A stretch of 64,000 nucleotides of DNA from Paludibacteraceae bacterium (lineage in GTDB: Bacteria; Bacteroidota; Bacteroidia; Bacteroidales; Paludibacteraceae), in contig JBJECI010000024.1 of NCBI GenBank assembly GCA_051870915.1, positions 1,423 to 65,422 of the forward strand. Reading direction: 5' to 3'. The notes under the pieces were generated by a model. The model was not told where the DNA came from. It saw only the letters and a list, made by a program, of their open reading frames with translations, and did no database searches. The translations under genes and the position numbers were made by a program. Below are positions 52,046-60,183 of this stretch, piece by piece; the first letter of the stretch is position 1, and every line of letters starts with the position of its first letter.

Positions 52046-52111
52046 CAGCCGATTTTGGAGAGAGGATGGGTGAGATGATTAGGATTCAGGAATTGTCTTT
52101 GTTTATTTGTT

Positions 52112-52163
52112 CTCAGAGTCGAGACTATTTAGTCTTTTATCCTGTGTCCTTCATCCTTTATCC
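52112..52163. repeat. MB core and right arm in the tRNA-Ser leader
   Basis: CTCAGAGTCGAGACTATTTAGTCTTTTATCCTGTGTCCTTCATCCTTTATCC ends 6 nt before the tRNA. Confidence 0.88.
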
Positions 52164-52168
52164 AAATA

Positions 52169-52253
52169 GGAAAGATGGCAGAGTGGTCGATTGCGGCGGT
52201 CTTGAAAACCGTTGACCTTCACGGGTCCGGGGGTTCGAATCCCTCTCTTTCCG
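52169..52253 (+). tRNA. tRNA-Ser (anticodon UGA)
   Basis: 85 nt. Acceptor GGAAAGA/TCTTTCC, anticodon stem-loop GCGGT-CTTGAAA-ACCGT, long variable arm, T-loop GGTTCGAATCC. Confidence 0.93.
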
Positions 52254-52267
52254 CAGAGAATGAAAAC

Positions 52268-52302
52268 AGAGGCTGTCTAACAATTCAAGTTAGGCAGCCT
52301 CT
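52268..52302 (+). terminator. Hairpin after tRNA-Ser (weak T tract)
   Basis: AGAGGCTGTCTAAC-AATTCAA-GTTAGGCAGCCTCT, then TGTTAAT. Confidence 0.5.
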
Positions 52303-52396
52303 TGTTAATAAACGTGAAGCCCATACAAGATGATTCGGATTTTTTACCTTCACTTTATTTCCTTCCATAAATCTACCATTCCCCAGCAGGCTTACT

Positions 52397-52442
52397 CGGT
52401 ATCTGATCGGTTTCTGATCGGTATCTGACCGGTATCTGACCG
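52397..52442. repeat. Four tandem 11-nt units
   Basis: CGGTATCTGAT CGGTTTCTGAT CGGTATCTGAC CGGTATCTGAC CG. Confidence 0.92.
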
Positions 52443-52736
52443 ATTCAAAGACGAAACTATACCGTGTCAAAACCGACTCTTTCTAACGAAGACATCCCCA
52501 TACCCATGAGCATCCCTTTGCACTTTGTTAACGTTTTTACCCTCCCTAAACACATAATACAACTTGCTATTCCAGATAATTGTCCATTTTTTGCATCACC
52601 ATACCCGACCATACTACCCCCATCAATAGCAGATTTTATCGGAACATTATCGGAACATTATTGAGTCTGTATAAGGACTGTAACCTGCCGACAACTATTG
52701 TCCAAAACACATATACGCCATTCCCCTATCGCATAC

Positions 52737-52769
52737 AAAAAAACTGCCTAACGTCATCCGTTAAGCAGT
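52737..52769 (-). terminator. Terminator after tRNA-Arg
   Basis: Minus strand reads ACTGCTTAAC-GGATGAC-GTTAGGCAGT followed by TTTTTT. Confidence 0.7.
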
Positions 52770-52784
52770 CTCTTTCCATTTTCG

Positions 52785-52858
52785 TGATCCGTGCAGGATT
52801 CAAACCTGCAACCCCCACATCCGTAGTGTGGTACTCTATTCAGTTGAGCTAACGGACC
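52785..52858 (-). tRNA. tRNA-Arg (anticodon ACG)
   Basis: Reverse complement is GGTCCGTTAGCTCAACTGAATAGAGTACCACACTACGGATGTGGGGGTTGCAGGTTTGAATCCTGCACGGATCA. Anticodon loop CTACGGA; T-loop GTTTGAATC. Confidence 0.9.
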
Positions 52859-52916
52859 CCGCTTTTGTACTACCCCTCCCGCTTTAGCGAGAAAAAGCAC
52901 TATCGGTTGAGTTAGG

Positions 52917-52990
52917 CGGTGCGGACGAGACTCGAACTCGCGACCTACGGCGTGACAGGCCGGTATTCTAACCAACTGAACTACCGCACC
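52917..52990 (-). tRNA. tRNA-Asp (anticodon GUC)
   Basis: Reverse complement is GGTGCGGTAGTTCAGTTGGTTAGAATACCGGCCTGTCACGCCGTAGGTCGCGAGTTCGAGTCTCGTCCGCACCG. Anticodon loop CTGTCAC. Confidence 0.92.
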
Positions 52991-53040
52991 ATTTCTCTCG
53001 TGCTTTGTTCAACCGATAGGCTCTTTTTCAAAAGCGAGTG

Positions 53041-53072
53041 CAAAAGTACTGCTTTTTTTTGACATGACCAAA
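53041..53072 (-). promoter_or_regulatory. Promoter for the tRNA-Asp/tRNA-Arg transcription unit
   Basis: Minus strand has TTTG (plus 53069-53072) and TACTTTTG (plus 53041-53048), spacing 20 nt. Confidence 0.65.
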
Positions 53073-53365
53073 TTTTTTGTAGAAAAAATGAAAAAAAAAA
53101 TGCAAATACATATTTTTCTACACAATTCTAACCCTTTTATCCTCCTTTGAAAAACCTTTCTACCTTGTTTCTATTGCCTTACTCACTATGTCGATATGCA
53201 ACAAAGTCAGAACACCTACCGCAGTTACATATAATTTCATTGAGACATTATCGGAATACAACAGAGATTAAAAGCCGAAGTATCAACTATTACCTCATCT
53301 ACTACCCTGCAAAAAACGGATAATTCCACAGAGAATTAGGTTTTATAGATAAAACGCCGCTTTAA

Positions 53366-53397
53366 TTTGTATATGTAAAAAAAAAGTTGTACCTTTG
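53366..53397 (+). promoter_or_regulatory. Promoter for dxs-trkA
   Basis: TTTG at 53366-53369 and TACCTTTG at 53390-53397, spacing 20 nt. Confidence 0.68.
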
Positions 53398-53451
53398 CGG
53401 GCTGTTATATGGTCTAACCAATTATAGAAATAGGTTCTAACACCCTGCATA

Positions 53452-55506
53452 ATGAAGTACTTGGATAGGATAAATAGTCCTGCGGACTTGAGGCAGTTGC
53501 CGGTGGCGGCGTTGCCGGAGGTGTGCGCGGAGGTGCGGCAGTTCATCATCGAGGAGTTGAGCCACAATCCCGGGCATTTAGGCTCGTCCTTAGGCGCGAT
53601 AGAGTTGACGGTGGCGCTGCACTATGTGTTCGACACGCCCGACGACCGCATCGTATGGGATGTGGGGCATCAGGCATACGCGCACAAGATACTGACCGGC
53701 AGGCGGGAGCGTTTTCATACCAATCGGCAGTTCAAGGGACTGGCACCTTTCCCGACGCCGTTAGAGAGCGAATACGACACGTGCGTATGCGGGCACGCAA
53801 GTAACTCTATATCGGTGGCGCTCGGGATGGATATCGGGGGGAAAGTGGTTAGTGAGGAACAGGAAAACAACGGGAGTTCTACCGCAGGCGAGACGCCTTC
53901 GTCCCCGGTGAAGAGGAAGCATGTGGTGGCGGTGATAGGCGATGGGGCGATGACGGGCGGACTGGCGTTTGAGGGGCTGAACAACACCTCGATGCGGAAG
54001 AATGACCTGCTGATAGTGCTCAACGACAACAACATGGCGATAGACCCGCTGAAAGGCGGCTTCACACAGTATCTGCTCGACATCACCACCAGCTCGTTCT
54101 ACAACCGCTGGCGCTGGCGACTGTATCAGTTGGCTGTGCGGCTGCACCTGATGGACGAAGAGAAGAAGCAGCAGGTGATGCGGCGGCATAACAACCTGAA
54201 AAGCATCCTCACCAAGCAGCCGAACAACATCTTCCAAGCGATGAACATCCGCTATTTCGGTCCGGCAGACGGGCACGATGTGGTGGACTTGGTGCGTATC
54301 CTGCGCGAGATAAAGAACCACAAGGGTCCGAAAGTGCTGCATATCATCACGAAGAAAGGCAAGGGTTACGCCCCCGCGGAGCAAGACCAGACGACATGGC
54401 ATGCGCCCGGGGAGTTCTGCGTGGAGACGGGCGAGCGCAAGGCAGACCATGCTGCGAAAGCAGGAGTGCCGCCGCTGTGGCAGGAGGTGTTCGGCGAGGA
54501 GTTGCTGGCGATGGCGCGGGAAGACGCGCGCGTGGTGGGCGTTACGCCCGCGATGCCGTCGGGCTGCTCGATGAGTATCATGCAGAGAGTGTTCCCCGAT
54601 AGGGTGTTCGATGTGGGGATAGCCGAGGGGCACGCGGTTACGTTCTCTGCCGGCATGGCGAAAGAGGGCGCGGTGGTGTTCTGCAATATCTATTCCTCGT
54701 TCCTGCAACGCGCCTACGACAATATCATCCACGACGTGGCGATAGCGCAGTTGCCTGTCATTCTGTGCATTGACCGCGCGGGGATAGTGGGCAACGACGG
54801 TGCGACCCACCACGGTTTGTTCGACCTCGCATACATTAGACCGATACCTCACCTCGCTATCTGCGCCCCGCGGACGGCAGGCGACCTGCGGGCGATGATG
54901 CGCCTTGCACCGACCTTAGGCAGACCCGTGGCGATACGCTACCCGAGGGGGAGGAGCGTGGAGGATGTCCTTGGAGAGCAAGGAGCCGAGAACCAAGAAC
55001 CAAGACCGATATGCGTTGGTAAGGGAGTGTGCCTGCGGGAAGGCACGGATATGGCAGTGTTGAGTATCGGTGCGATAGGCAACACCGTGGCGGAAGCGAT
55101 AGATTTGTTGGAACAAAGAGCCAAGAGCCAAGAACAAGGACTAAATAGTGCCGATGCTGAAAACTCAGAGACGAGTGTAATAAGTCCTTCATCCTGCGTC
55201 CTTTATCCTTTATCCAAAATCGCCCATTACGACATGCGGTGGCTCAAGCCCTTAGACGAAGACCTGCTACGGGAAGTGGGCGAGCGATTTAGGACCATCG
55301 TAACCGTGGAGGACGGCGTGATAGACGGCGGACTGGGCAGCGCGGTGCTGGAGTGGATGGCTGACCACGGCTTCACCCCCCGCGTCATCCGATTGGGCGT
55401 GCGCGACCAATTTGTAGAGCACGGCAGCACGCAGGAGTTGTATCATCTGTTGAAATTAGATAAAGAAGGAATATGCGAATCGTTATTGCAGGCGCTGGAG
55501 AAGTAG
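53452..55506 (+). CDS. dxs: 1-deoxy-D-xylulose-5-phosphate synthase with three repeat-derived insertions
   Basis: 684-aa ORF. Motifs [31 protein letters not shown] (TPP binding) and [17 protein letters not shown]. Extra segments at ~53842-53923, ~54974-55006 and 55111-55215 are absent from the E. coli Dxs layout as I recall it. Confidence 0.93.
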   Translation: MKYLDRINSPADLRQLPVAALPEVCAEVRQFIIEELSHNPGHLGSSLGAIELTVALHYVFDTPDDRIVWDVGHQAYAHKILTGRRERFHTNRQFKGLAPFPTPLESEYDTCVCGHASNSISVALGMDIGGKVVSEEQENNGSSTAGETPSSPVKRKHVVAVIGDGAMTGGLAFEGLNNTSMRKNDLLIVLNDNNMAIDPLKGGFTQYLLDITTSSFYNRWRWRLYQLAVRLHLMDEEKKQQVMRRHNNLKSILTKQPNNIFQAMNIRYFGPADGHDVVDLVRILREIKNHKGPKVLHIITKKGKGYAPAEQDQTTWHAPGEFCVETGERKADHAAKAGVPPLWQEVFGEELLAMAREDARVVGVTPAMPSGCSMSIMQRVFPDRVFDVGIAEGHAVTFSAGMAKEGAVVFCNIYSSFLQRAYDNIIHDVAIAQLPVILCIDRAGIVGNDGATHHGLFDLAYIRPIPHLAICAPRTAGDLRAMMRLAPTLGRPVAIRYPRGRSVEDVLGEQGAENQEPRPICVGKGVCLREGTDMAVLSIGAIGNTVAEAIDLLEQRAKSQEQGLNSADAENSETSVISPSSCVLYPLSKIAHYDMRWLKPLDEDLLREVGERFRTIVTVEDGVIDGGLGSAVLEWMADHGFTPRVIRLGVRDQFVEHGSTQELYHLLKLDKEGICESLLQALEK
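53884..53906. repeat. Reverse-oriented HP-C inside dxs
   Basis: GCAGGCGAGACGCCTTCGTCCCC is the reverse complement of GGGGACGAAGGCGTCTCGCCTGC. It lies within the extra segment [25 protein letters not shown]. Confidence 0.85.
54974..55006. repeat. MB-variant (CAAGAAC words) inside dxs
   Basis: GAGAGCAAGGAGCCGAGAACCAAGAACCAAGAC. Compare the CNNM tail at 43396-43427. Confidence 0.75.
55111..55215. repeat. Near-complete MB element (105 nt) inside dxs
   Basis: GAACAAAGAGCCAAGAGCCAAGAACAAGGACTAAATAGTGCCGATGCTGAAAACTCAGAGACGAGTGTAATAAGTCCTTCATCCTGCGTCCTTTATCCTTTATCC, translated [35 protein letters not shown]. Confidence 0.92.
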
Positions 55507-56807
55507 GCACTCACCTTGCCAAACTGCTCTCGCGCGAAGATATGGAAATCAGTCTGTTGGATGCCAAGGCAGAACGCTTAGGCGATTTGGATGCCAACTA
55601 CGACCTGCTCACGAAGGTGGGCAGTCCTACTTCGATACACGACCTCAGGGATGTGGGCGTGGGCGATGCAGACCTCTTCATCGCCGTAACCCCCTCGGAG
55701 TCGGAGAACATCACGGCGTGCCTGATAGCCAATCAGTTAGGCGTGAAGAAGACCCTCGCGCGGATAGACAACTACGAGTATCTCATCCCCGAAAACAAGC
55801 GTATCTTCGAGCAGATGGGGCTCAACCACCTTATCTACCCCGAGGTGCTGGCGGCGCACGAGATAGAGGAAGCACTGAAAGTCAATTGGTTGCGCTATCA
55901 TATCACGCTCTGCGACGGGGCATTGGAACTCTGTGTAGTCAAGGTGCGCGAGGGAGCGCAGGTGCTGGGCAAGAAATTCCTGTCGGGCTTCTTCGGACAC
56001 GGGTTGTATCGCGTGGTGGCTATCAAACGCGGGCAAGACACCATCATCCCGCGCGGCAACGACGAGATAATGGCGGGCGACATGGTCTATGCCGTCTGCA
56101 CGCGCGAGAACATGAAAGCACTCCGCGAGCATACCGGCAAGCAGAAACGCGAGATAAAGAACATCATTGTCTATGGCGCTTCGCGTATCGCGCAAAAAGC
56201 CGTTCAGGAACTGCCGGAGGGCATGAGTATCAAGATACTGGAAGCCAACCGCGACCTCTGCTACCATATCTCCGATAAGGTGAATAACGCACTGATTATC
56301 AACGCAGACGGTAGCGATATGAACTCGCTCAAAGAGGAGGGCATACAAGATGCGGACGCGTTCATCGCGGTAACCGACCGCAGCGAGGCGAATATCTTTG
56401 CCTGCTTGGCGGCGAAGCGGTTTGGGGTGAAGAAGACCATCGCGGAGGTGGAGAACATCGATTATATCCCCATGGCAGAGGCGTTGGATATTGGTACGGT
56501 GCTCAACAAGAAGACCATCACCGCGGCGTATATCTACCAGATGTTGCTCGACGCGAGTGTACTCAACGTGCGCAACCTGACGAGCGCGGACGCGGAGATA
56601 GTGGAATTTGTCGCCGCCGAGGGCAACCGTATCACCAAGCACAAGATACGTGAGTTAGACCTGCCCGAGGAGGTGAATATCGGGGCTATCGTCCGCGCAG
56701 GCGAAGGCATACTCGTGAACGGCGAGACGCTGATACTCCCCGGCGACCACGTGGTGGTCTTCTGCAAGCAGCAAGCCATACGGCAGATGGAGAAGTTCTT
56801 TAGATAA
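55473..56807 (+). CDS. trkA: Trk potassium uptake system NAD-binding subunit TrkA
   Basis: 444-aa ORF. Two RCK units, each with a Rossmann motif ([19 protein letters not shown]; [13 protein letters not shown]). The start overlaps the dxs 3' end by 34 nt. Confidence 0.92.
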   Translation: MRIVIAGAGEVGTHLAKLLSREDMEISLLDAKAERLGDLDANYDLLTKVGSPTSIHDLRDVGVGDADLFIAVTPSESENITACLIANQLGVKKTLARIDNYEYLIPENKRIFEQMGLNHLIYPEVLAAHEIEEALKVNWLRYHITLCDGALELCVVKVREGAQVLGKKFLSGFFGHGLYRVVAIKRGQDTIIPRGNDEIMAGDMVYAVCTRENMKALREHTGKQKREIKNIIVYGASRIAQKAVQELPEGMSIKILEANRDLCYHISDKVNNALIINADGSDMNSLKEEGIQDADAFIAVTDRSEANIFACLAAKRFGVKKTIAEVENIDYIPMAEALDIGTVLNKKTITAAYIYQMLLDASVLNVRNLTSADAEIVEFVAAEGNRITKHKIRELDLPEEVNIGAIVRAGEGILVNGETLILPGDHVVVFCKQQAIRQMEKFFR

Positions 56808-56916
56808 TTTGTAAATTTGAAAATTTGAAAATTGCCATGCGGGATAAATGGAACAATTTGAAAATGCATTGCGAAACTAATCATTTTCAAATTTTCAAAT
56901 TCTTAATTTTCAAATT
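56807..56916. repeat. W element: inverted AAATTTG / CAAATTT arrays between trkA and trkH
   Basis: Left arm AATTTGTAAATTTGAAAATTTGAAAATT. Right arm TCATTTTCAAATTTTCAAATTCTTAATTTTCAAATT. Confidence 0.9.
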
Positions 56917-56923
56917 CTGACAC

Positions 56924-58426
56924 ATGACTCGTACATTCAATAGGAAGATAGTAGTGAAGACGCTGGGCGCGCTGTTGTGCCTCGAGGCGTTGTTCATGCT
57001 GATACCGATGTTCACCTCGCTGGCGTACCGCGAGCCGGACTTCGAGGCATGGCTGGTGAGTACGGCTATCACCCTGCTCGCGGGCTTGCTCGGGCTGCTG
57101 ATAGGCAGGCGGGCGGAGCGCAAGGTGGCAGAGCGCGAGGGATACGCCATCGTGGCGCTGGTGTGGATAGTCTATTCCATCTTCGGCGTGTTGCCGTATT
57201 GGTTGAGTGGCGCGTTCTCTTCCTTCACCGACTGCTGGTTCGAGACCATGTCGGGCTTCACCACCACGGGTGCCACCATAGCGAGCGACGTGGAGAGCCT
57301 GACGCACGGCGTGCTCCTCTGGCGCAGCCTCAGCCAGTGGATGGGCGGCATGGGTATCATCGTGCTCTCGGTGGCTATACTCCCGATGTTCGGCTTGGGC
57401 GGCATGCAGTTATACGCCGCGGAAGTTACGGGTGTCAGTTACGAGAAACTGTCGCCGCGTATCGCCGACACGGCGAAGCACATGTGGGGACTCTATATCG
57501 TGATGACCTTGGCGGAGACTGGCCTGCTCTATCTCTTCGGCATGAGTGGTTTCGATGCCGTGTGCCACTCGCTCTCCACCATCTCCACGGGCGGTTTCTC
57601 CACGCGCAACGAATCGGTAATCAACGACGGAGCGGCTATCCAATACACCATTGCCGTCTTCATGTTCCTGTCGGGTATCAACTTCACCTACCTCATCCAC
57701 GCCCTGCGCGGCAAGCCCGGCAAACTCTTCCGCGACGAGGAGACGCGCTGGTACGCCGGAGCGGTGGCGGTATGCACGCTGGTGCTGGCAACGGGACTTT
57801 TCATCCACTATATGTTCCGCGAGGGCTACCCCAATGAGTTCGCCGGCGACGGTGTGTGGTGGCAGGCGCTGGAGACCTCTCTGCGCAAGGGTTTCTTCAT
57901 GGTTACCACGGCGATGACCAGTAGCGGTTTTGCCGCGTCGGACTACATGAGTTGGCCCAAACTGCTGTGGGTATTGGTGTTCTTCATGATGTTCACGGGA
58001 GCCAGTTCGGGCTCTACTGCGGGCGGTATCAAGTGGGTTCGCTTGGGTATCTTCGCCAAGTCGGCACTGGTGGAGTTGCAGAGGCGTATCCATCCTAACG
58101 CCATCATCCCCGTGCGCTTCAACGGGCGAGCGGTCAGCGAGCAGACCATCAGCAACGTGATGGCGTTCCTCTTCTTCTACTTGATTATCATCGTGCTGAC
58201 GGTGATTGTCTTCTGCGCTACAGGGGTCGCTTTCGATGAGGCAATAGGCACTGCCGTCTCGGCGATGGGTAATGTGGGTGTCAGCATCGGGCAGTTCGGA
58301 CCTCTGGGCAGTTATGCCGACTTCCCCACCGTAGCGAAATGGACGATGACCTTCGTGATGTTGATTGGTCGTCTGGAAATCTTCACCGTGCTCCTGCTCT
58401 TCACGAAAGCGCTGTGGAAGAAATAG
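56924..58426 (+). CDS. trkH: TrkH-family potassium transporter membrane subunit
   Basis: 500-aa polytopic ORF with selectivity-filter-like MSGFTTTGAT and STGGFST motifs. Confidence 0.9.
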   Translation: MTRTFNRKIVVKTLGALLCLEALFMLIPMFTSLAYREPDFEAWLVSTAITLLAGLLGLLIGRRAERKVAEREGYAIVALVWIVYSIFGVLPYWLSGAFSSFTDCWFETMSGFTTTGATIASDVESLTHGVLLWRSLSQWMGGMGIIVLSVAILPMFGLGGMQLYAAEVTGVSYEKLSPRIADTAKHMWGLYIVMTLAETGLLYLFGMSGFDAVCHSLSTISTGGFSTRNESVINDGAAIQYTIAVFMFLSGINFTYLIHALRGKPGKLFRDEETRWYAGAVAVCTLVLATGLFIHYMFREGYPNEFAGDGVWWQALETSLRKGFFMVTTAMTSSGFAASDYMSWPKLLWVLVFFMMFTGASSGSTAGGIKWVRLGIFAKSALVELQRRIHPNAIIPVRFNGRAVSEQTISNVMAFLFFYLIIIVLTVIVFCATGVAFDEAIGTAVSAMGNVGVSIGQFGPLGSYADFPTVAKWTMTFVMLIGRLEIFTVLLLFTKALWKK

Positions 58427-58432
58427 GGTGAT

Positions 58433-58538
58433 CAAGTTTCAGGTTTCAAGTCTCAGGTTTCAGGTTTCAAGTTTCAGGTTTCAAGTTTCAAGTTTCAGGT
58501 TTCAAGTTTCAAGTTTCAAGTTTCAAGTTTCAAGTTTT
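58433..58538. repeat. W repeat: about 15 tandem GTTTCAA/GTTTCAG heptamers between trkH and the SGNH gene
   Basis: CAAGTTTCAGGTTTCAAGTCTCAGGTTTCAGGTTTCAAGTTTCAGG...GTTTCAAGTTTCAAGTTTTAGG. Confidence 0.95.
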
Positions 58539-58546
58539 AGGTATAG

Positions 58547-60094
58547 GTGAAGCCCTCTCGTATCGCGATATTGATTTGGTGTGCCATCGCCCTGTTAGGG
58601 GTGATGTGTCTTGTATTGCCCGAGCGTATGCAGATAGGTCCACTCACCCTCCGATGGACGACCCTCAACAAAGTGCTGGGCAGTCAGGATGAAGGATTTC
58701 CTTTGGATGAAGGATTAAGGATGAAGGATGAAGGACTTGATAGTACAGCCTTTATGGAGGTGCGGTCTCCAGGCCGCACCCAATACAATGCAGACTTAGA
58801 ACCGAATGGTGCGGCCGGGAGACCGCACCTCCTTGACACCTCAGAGACGAAGGTAATAAGTCCTTCATCCTGTGTCCTTCCTCCTTTATCCCAAGAAAGT
58901 CCTTCATCCTGCGTCCTTCATCCTTCATCTGTGGAGGAGGAGGTGCAAGGCGATTCCGATGTCTTGACCGCCTTCCGTCAAGGCTTGGCGGAGGCGGATA
59001 GGCGGACAGTGCGCGTGGTGCACTACGGCGACTCGCAGATAGAGGAAGACCGCATGACGCAGACCCTGCGCCGCCGATTGCAAGCCGTCTATGGCGGCGG
59101 AGGAGTGGGCATGCTCCCCTTGCAGCAGACCATCCCCACGCGCACCATCAAGCAGACCCTCACCGTCAACGGCATCCGACAGACCACGCAGCAGGGACCC
59201 CGCCGCCACTTGGTCTATGGACCGAAGGCGCAACGCCGCGACAACGGTTTGTACGGTCCCATGGGACAGGTGGCGCTCCTCGGCGACACCACTCTCCAAC
59301 GGCAAGACAGCGCAGTCTTGCATGTAGAGCCGATGGGGAAGAAACCCTATTCCGAGACCTATTTTAACCGCGCGCGCGTATGGGCGGCAGGCGACTTCCG
59401 CTGCTACGTGAATGGGCAACCAATACCCACAGGAGGTGCGGTCTCCAGGCCGCACCATGAAGGGGATAGGCTTACTTTGGTGCGGTCTGGAGACCGCACC
59501 TCCTATGTGCTCGCGGACAGCACCACTTCCTGCGACCTTGCGCTGGTGGGCTGCGGCGAGGTCTATGCCGTCTCCCTCGAGACGGAGAGAGGTGTTATCG
59601 TGGACAACATCCCCATGCGCGGCTGCACAGGCACTATCTTCACCGACATCGACAGCACGCAGTTGGCTACCTTCTACCGAGAGACCAATACCCGACTGAT
59701 TATCATGCAGTTCGGTGGTAATGCCATCCCCTTCAACGAGCAGCCGACCACCATCGCGGGCACGGTGCAAAGCCTGCGCAAGCAGGTGCGCTACCTGCGC
59801 CGATGTGCGCCCGAGGCAAGTATCTTGTTTGTAGGACCCGGGGATATGCTGACGCAGATTGACGGCGAGACAACGACCTACCCGCTGCTGCCCTACATGG
59901 ACCGACTGCTCAGGAAGATGGCGGCGGAGGAGCACATCGCCTATTTCAGCCTCTATGAGATGATGGGCGGCAAAGACAGCATGCTGCGCTGGCAGAAAAA
60001 CGGCTGGGCAGGCAGCGACGGAGTCCACTTCACCCGCCGCGGCGCCGAGATAGCAGGAGAAAAACTATCAGAATACATCATGAAGAATTTGTAA
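58547..60094 (+). CDS. SGNH/GDSL-type hydrolase or acyltransferase partner protein, N-terminal region filled with repeats
   Basis: 515-aa ORF with GTG start and an N-terminal TM helix. SGNH blocks VVHYGDSQIEED, MQFGGNA and DGVHFTRRGAEI. Repeat DNA lies at 58686-58929 and 59432-59503. Confidence 0.72.
   Translation: MKPSRIAILIWCAIALLGVMCLVLPERMQIGPLTLRWTTLNKVLGSQDEGFPLDEGLRMKDEGLDSTAFMEVRSPGRTQYNADLEPNGAAGRPHLLDTSETKVISPSSCVLPPLSQESPSSCVLHPSSVEEEVQGDSDVLTAFRQGLAEADRRTVRVVHYGDSQIEEDRMTQTLRRRLQAVYGGGGVGMLPLQQTIPTRTIKQTLTVNGIRQTTQQGPRRHLVYGPKAQRRDNGLYGPMGQVALLGDTTLQRQDSAVLHVEPMGKKPYSETYFNRARVWAAGDFRCYVNGQPIPTGGAVSRPHHEGDRLTLVRSGDRTSYVLADSTTSCDLALVGCGEVYAVSLETERGVIVDNIPMRGCTGTIFTDIDSTQLATFYRETNTRLIIMQFGGNAIPFNEQPTTIAGTVQSLRKQVRYLRRCAPEASILFVGPGDMLTQIDGETTTYPLLPYMDRLLRKMAAEEHIAYFSLYEMMGGKDSMLRWQKNGWAGSDGVHFTRRGAEIAGEKLSEYIMKNL
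58686..58929. repeat. Composite in the SGNH CDS: MB left arms, forward HP-A, reverse HP-A, MB core and two right arms
   Basis: GGATGAAGGATT..GGATGAAGGATTAAGGATGAAGGATGAAGGACTTGATAGT. HP-A at 58756-58780 (read as EVRSPGRT) and 58808-58832 (read as GAAGRPHLL). GACGAAGGTAATAAGTCCTTCATCCTGTGTCC...GTCCTTCATCCTGCGTCCTTCATCCTTCATC. Confidence 0.92.
59432..59503. repeat. Forward plus reverse HP-A pair inside the SGNH CDS
   Basis: HP-A at 59432-59456 (GGAVSRPHH) and 59479-59503 (VRSGDRTS). Confidence 0.92.
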
Positions 60095-60180
60095 ATTTGA
60101 AAATTTGAAAATTTGAAAATTATTACCTTTGCTCTGAATAGTTGGCATACAATGCCCTCATAATTCATAATTCATAATTA
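60088..60180. repeat. W element with non-matching arms (AAATTTG left, CATAATT right) and reverse core TGCTCTGAATA
   Basis: TTTGTAAATTTGAAAATTTGAAAATTTGAAAATT. Core at 60130-60140. CCCTCATAATTCATAATTCATAATT. Confidence 0.9.
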
Positions 60181-60183
60181 GTA

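Noticed and set aside
52754-52975. ORFs 52580-52852 and 52754-52975 in the tRNA region.
   Set aside because: They run straight through tRNA-Arg and tRNA-Asp.
52917-52990. The tRNA-Asp acceptor stem (GGTGCGGT...CCGCACC) shares 7-8 nt with the HP-A stem, hinting at a tRNA-derived origin for HP-A.
   Set aside because: The match is only 7-8 nt of GC-rich sequence and nothing else in the tRNA resembles the element. It is most likely coincidence.
55473-55506. 34-nt overlap of the dxs 3' end with the trkA start as a possible frameshift or fusion signal.
   Set aside because: Both proteins look complete (Dxs C-terminal domain present; TrkA starts with its Rossmann motif). A short overlap is compatible with ordinary translational coupling, and there is no slippery site.
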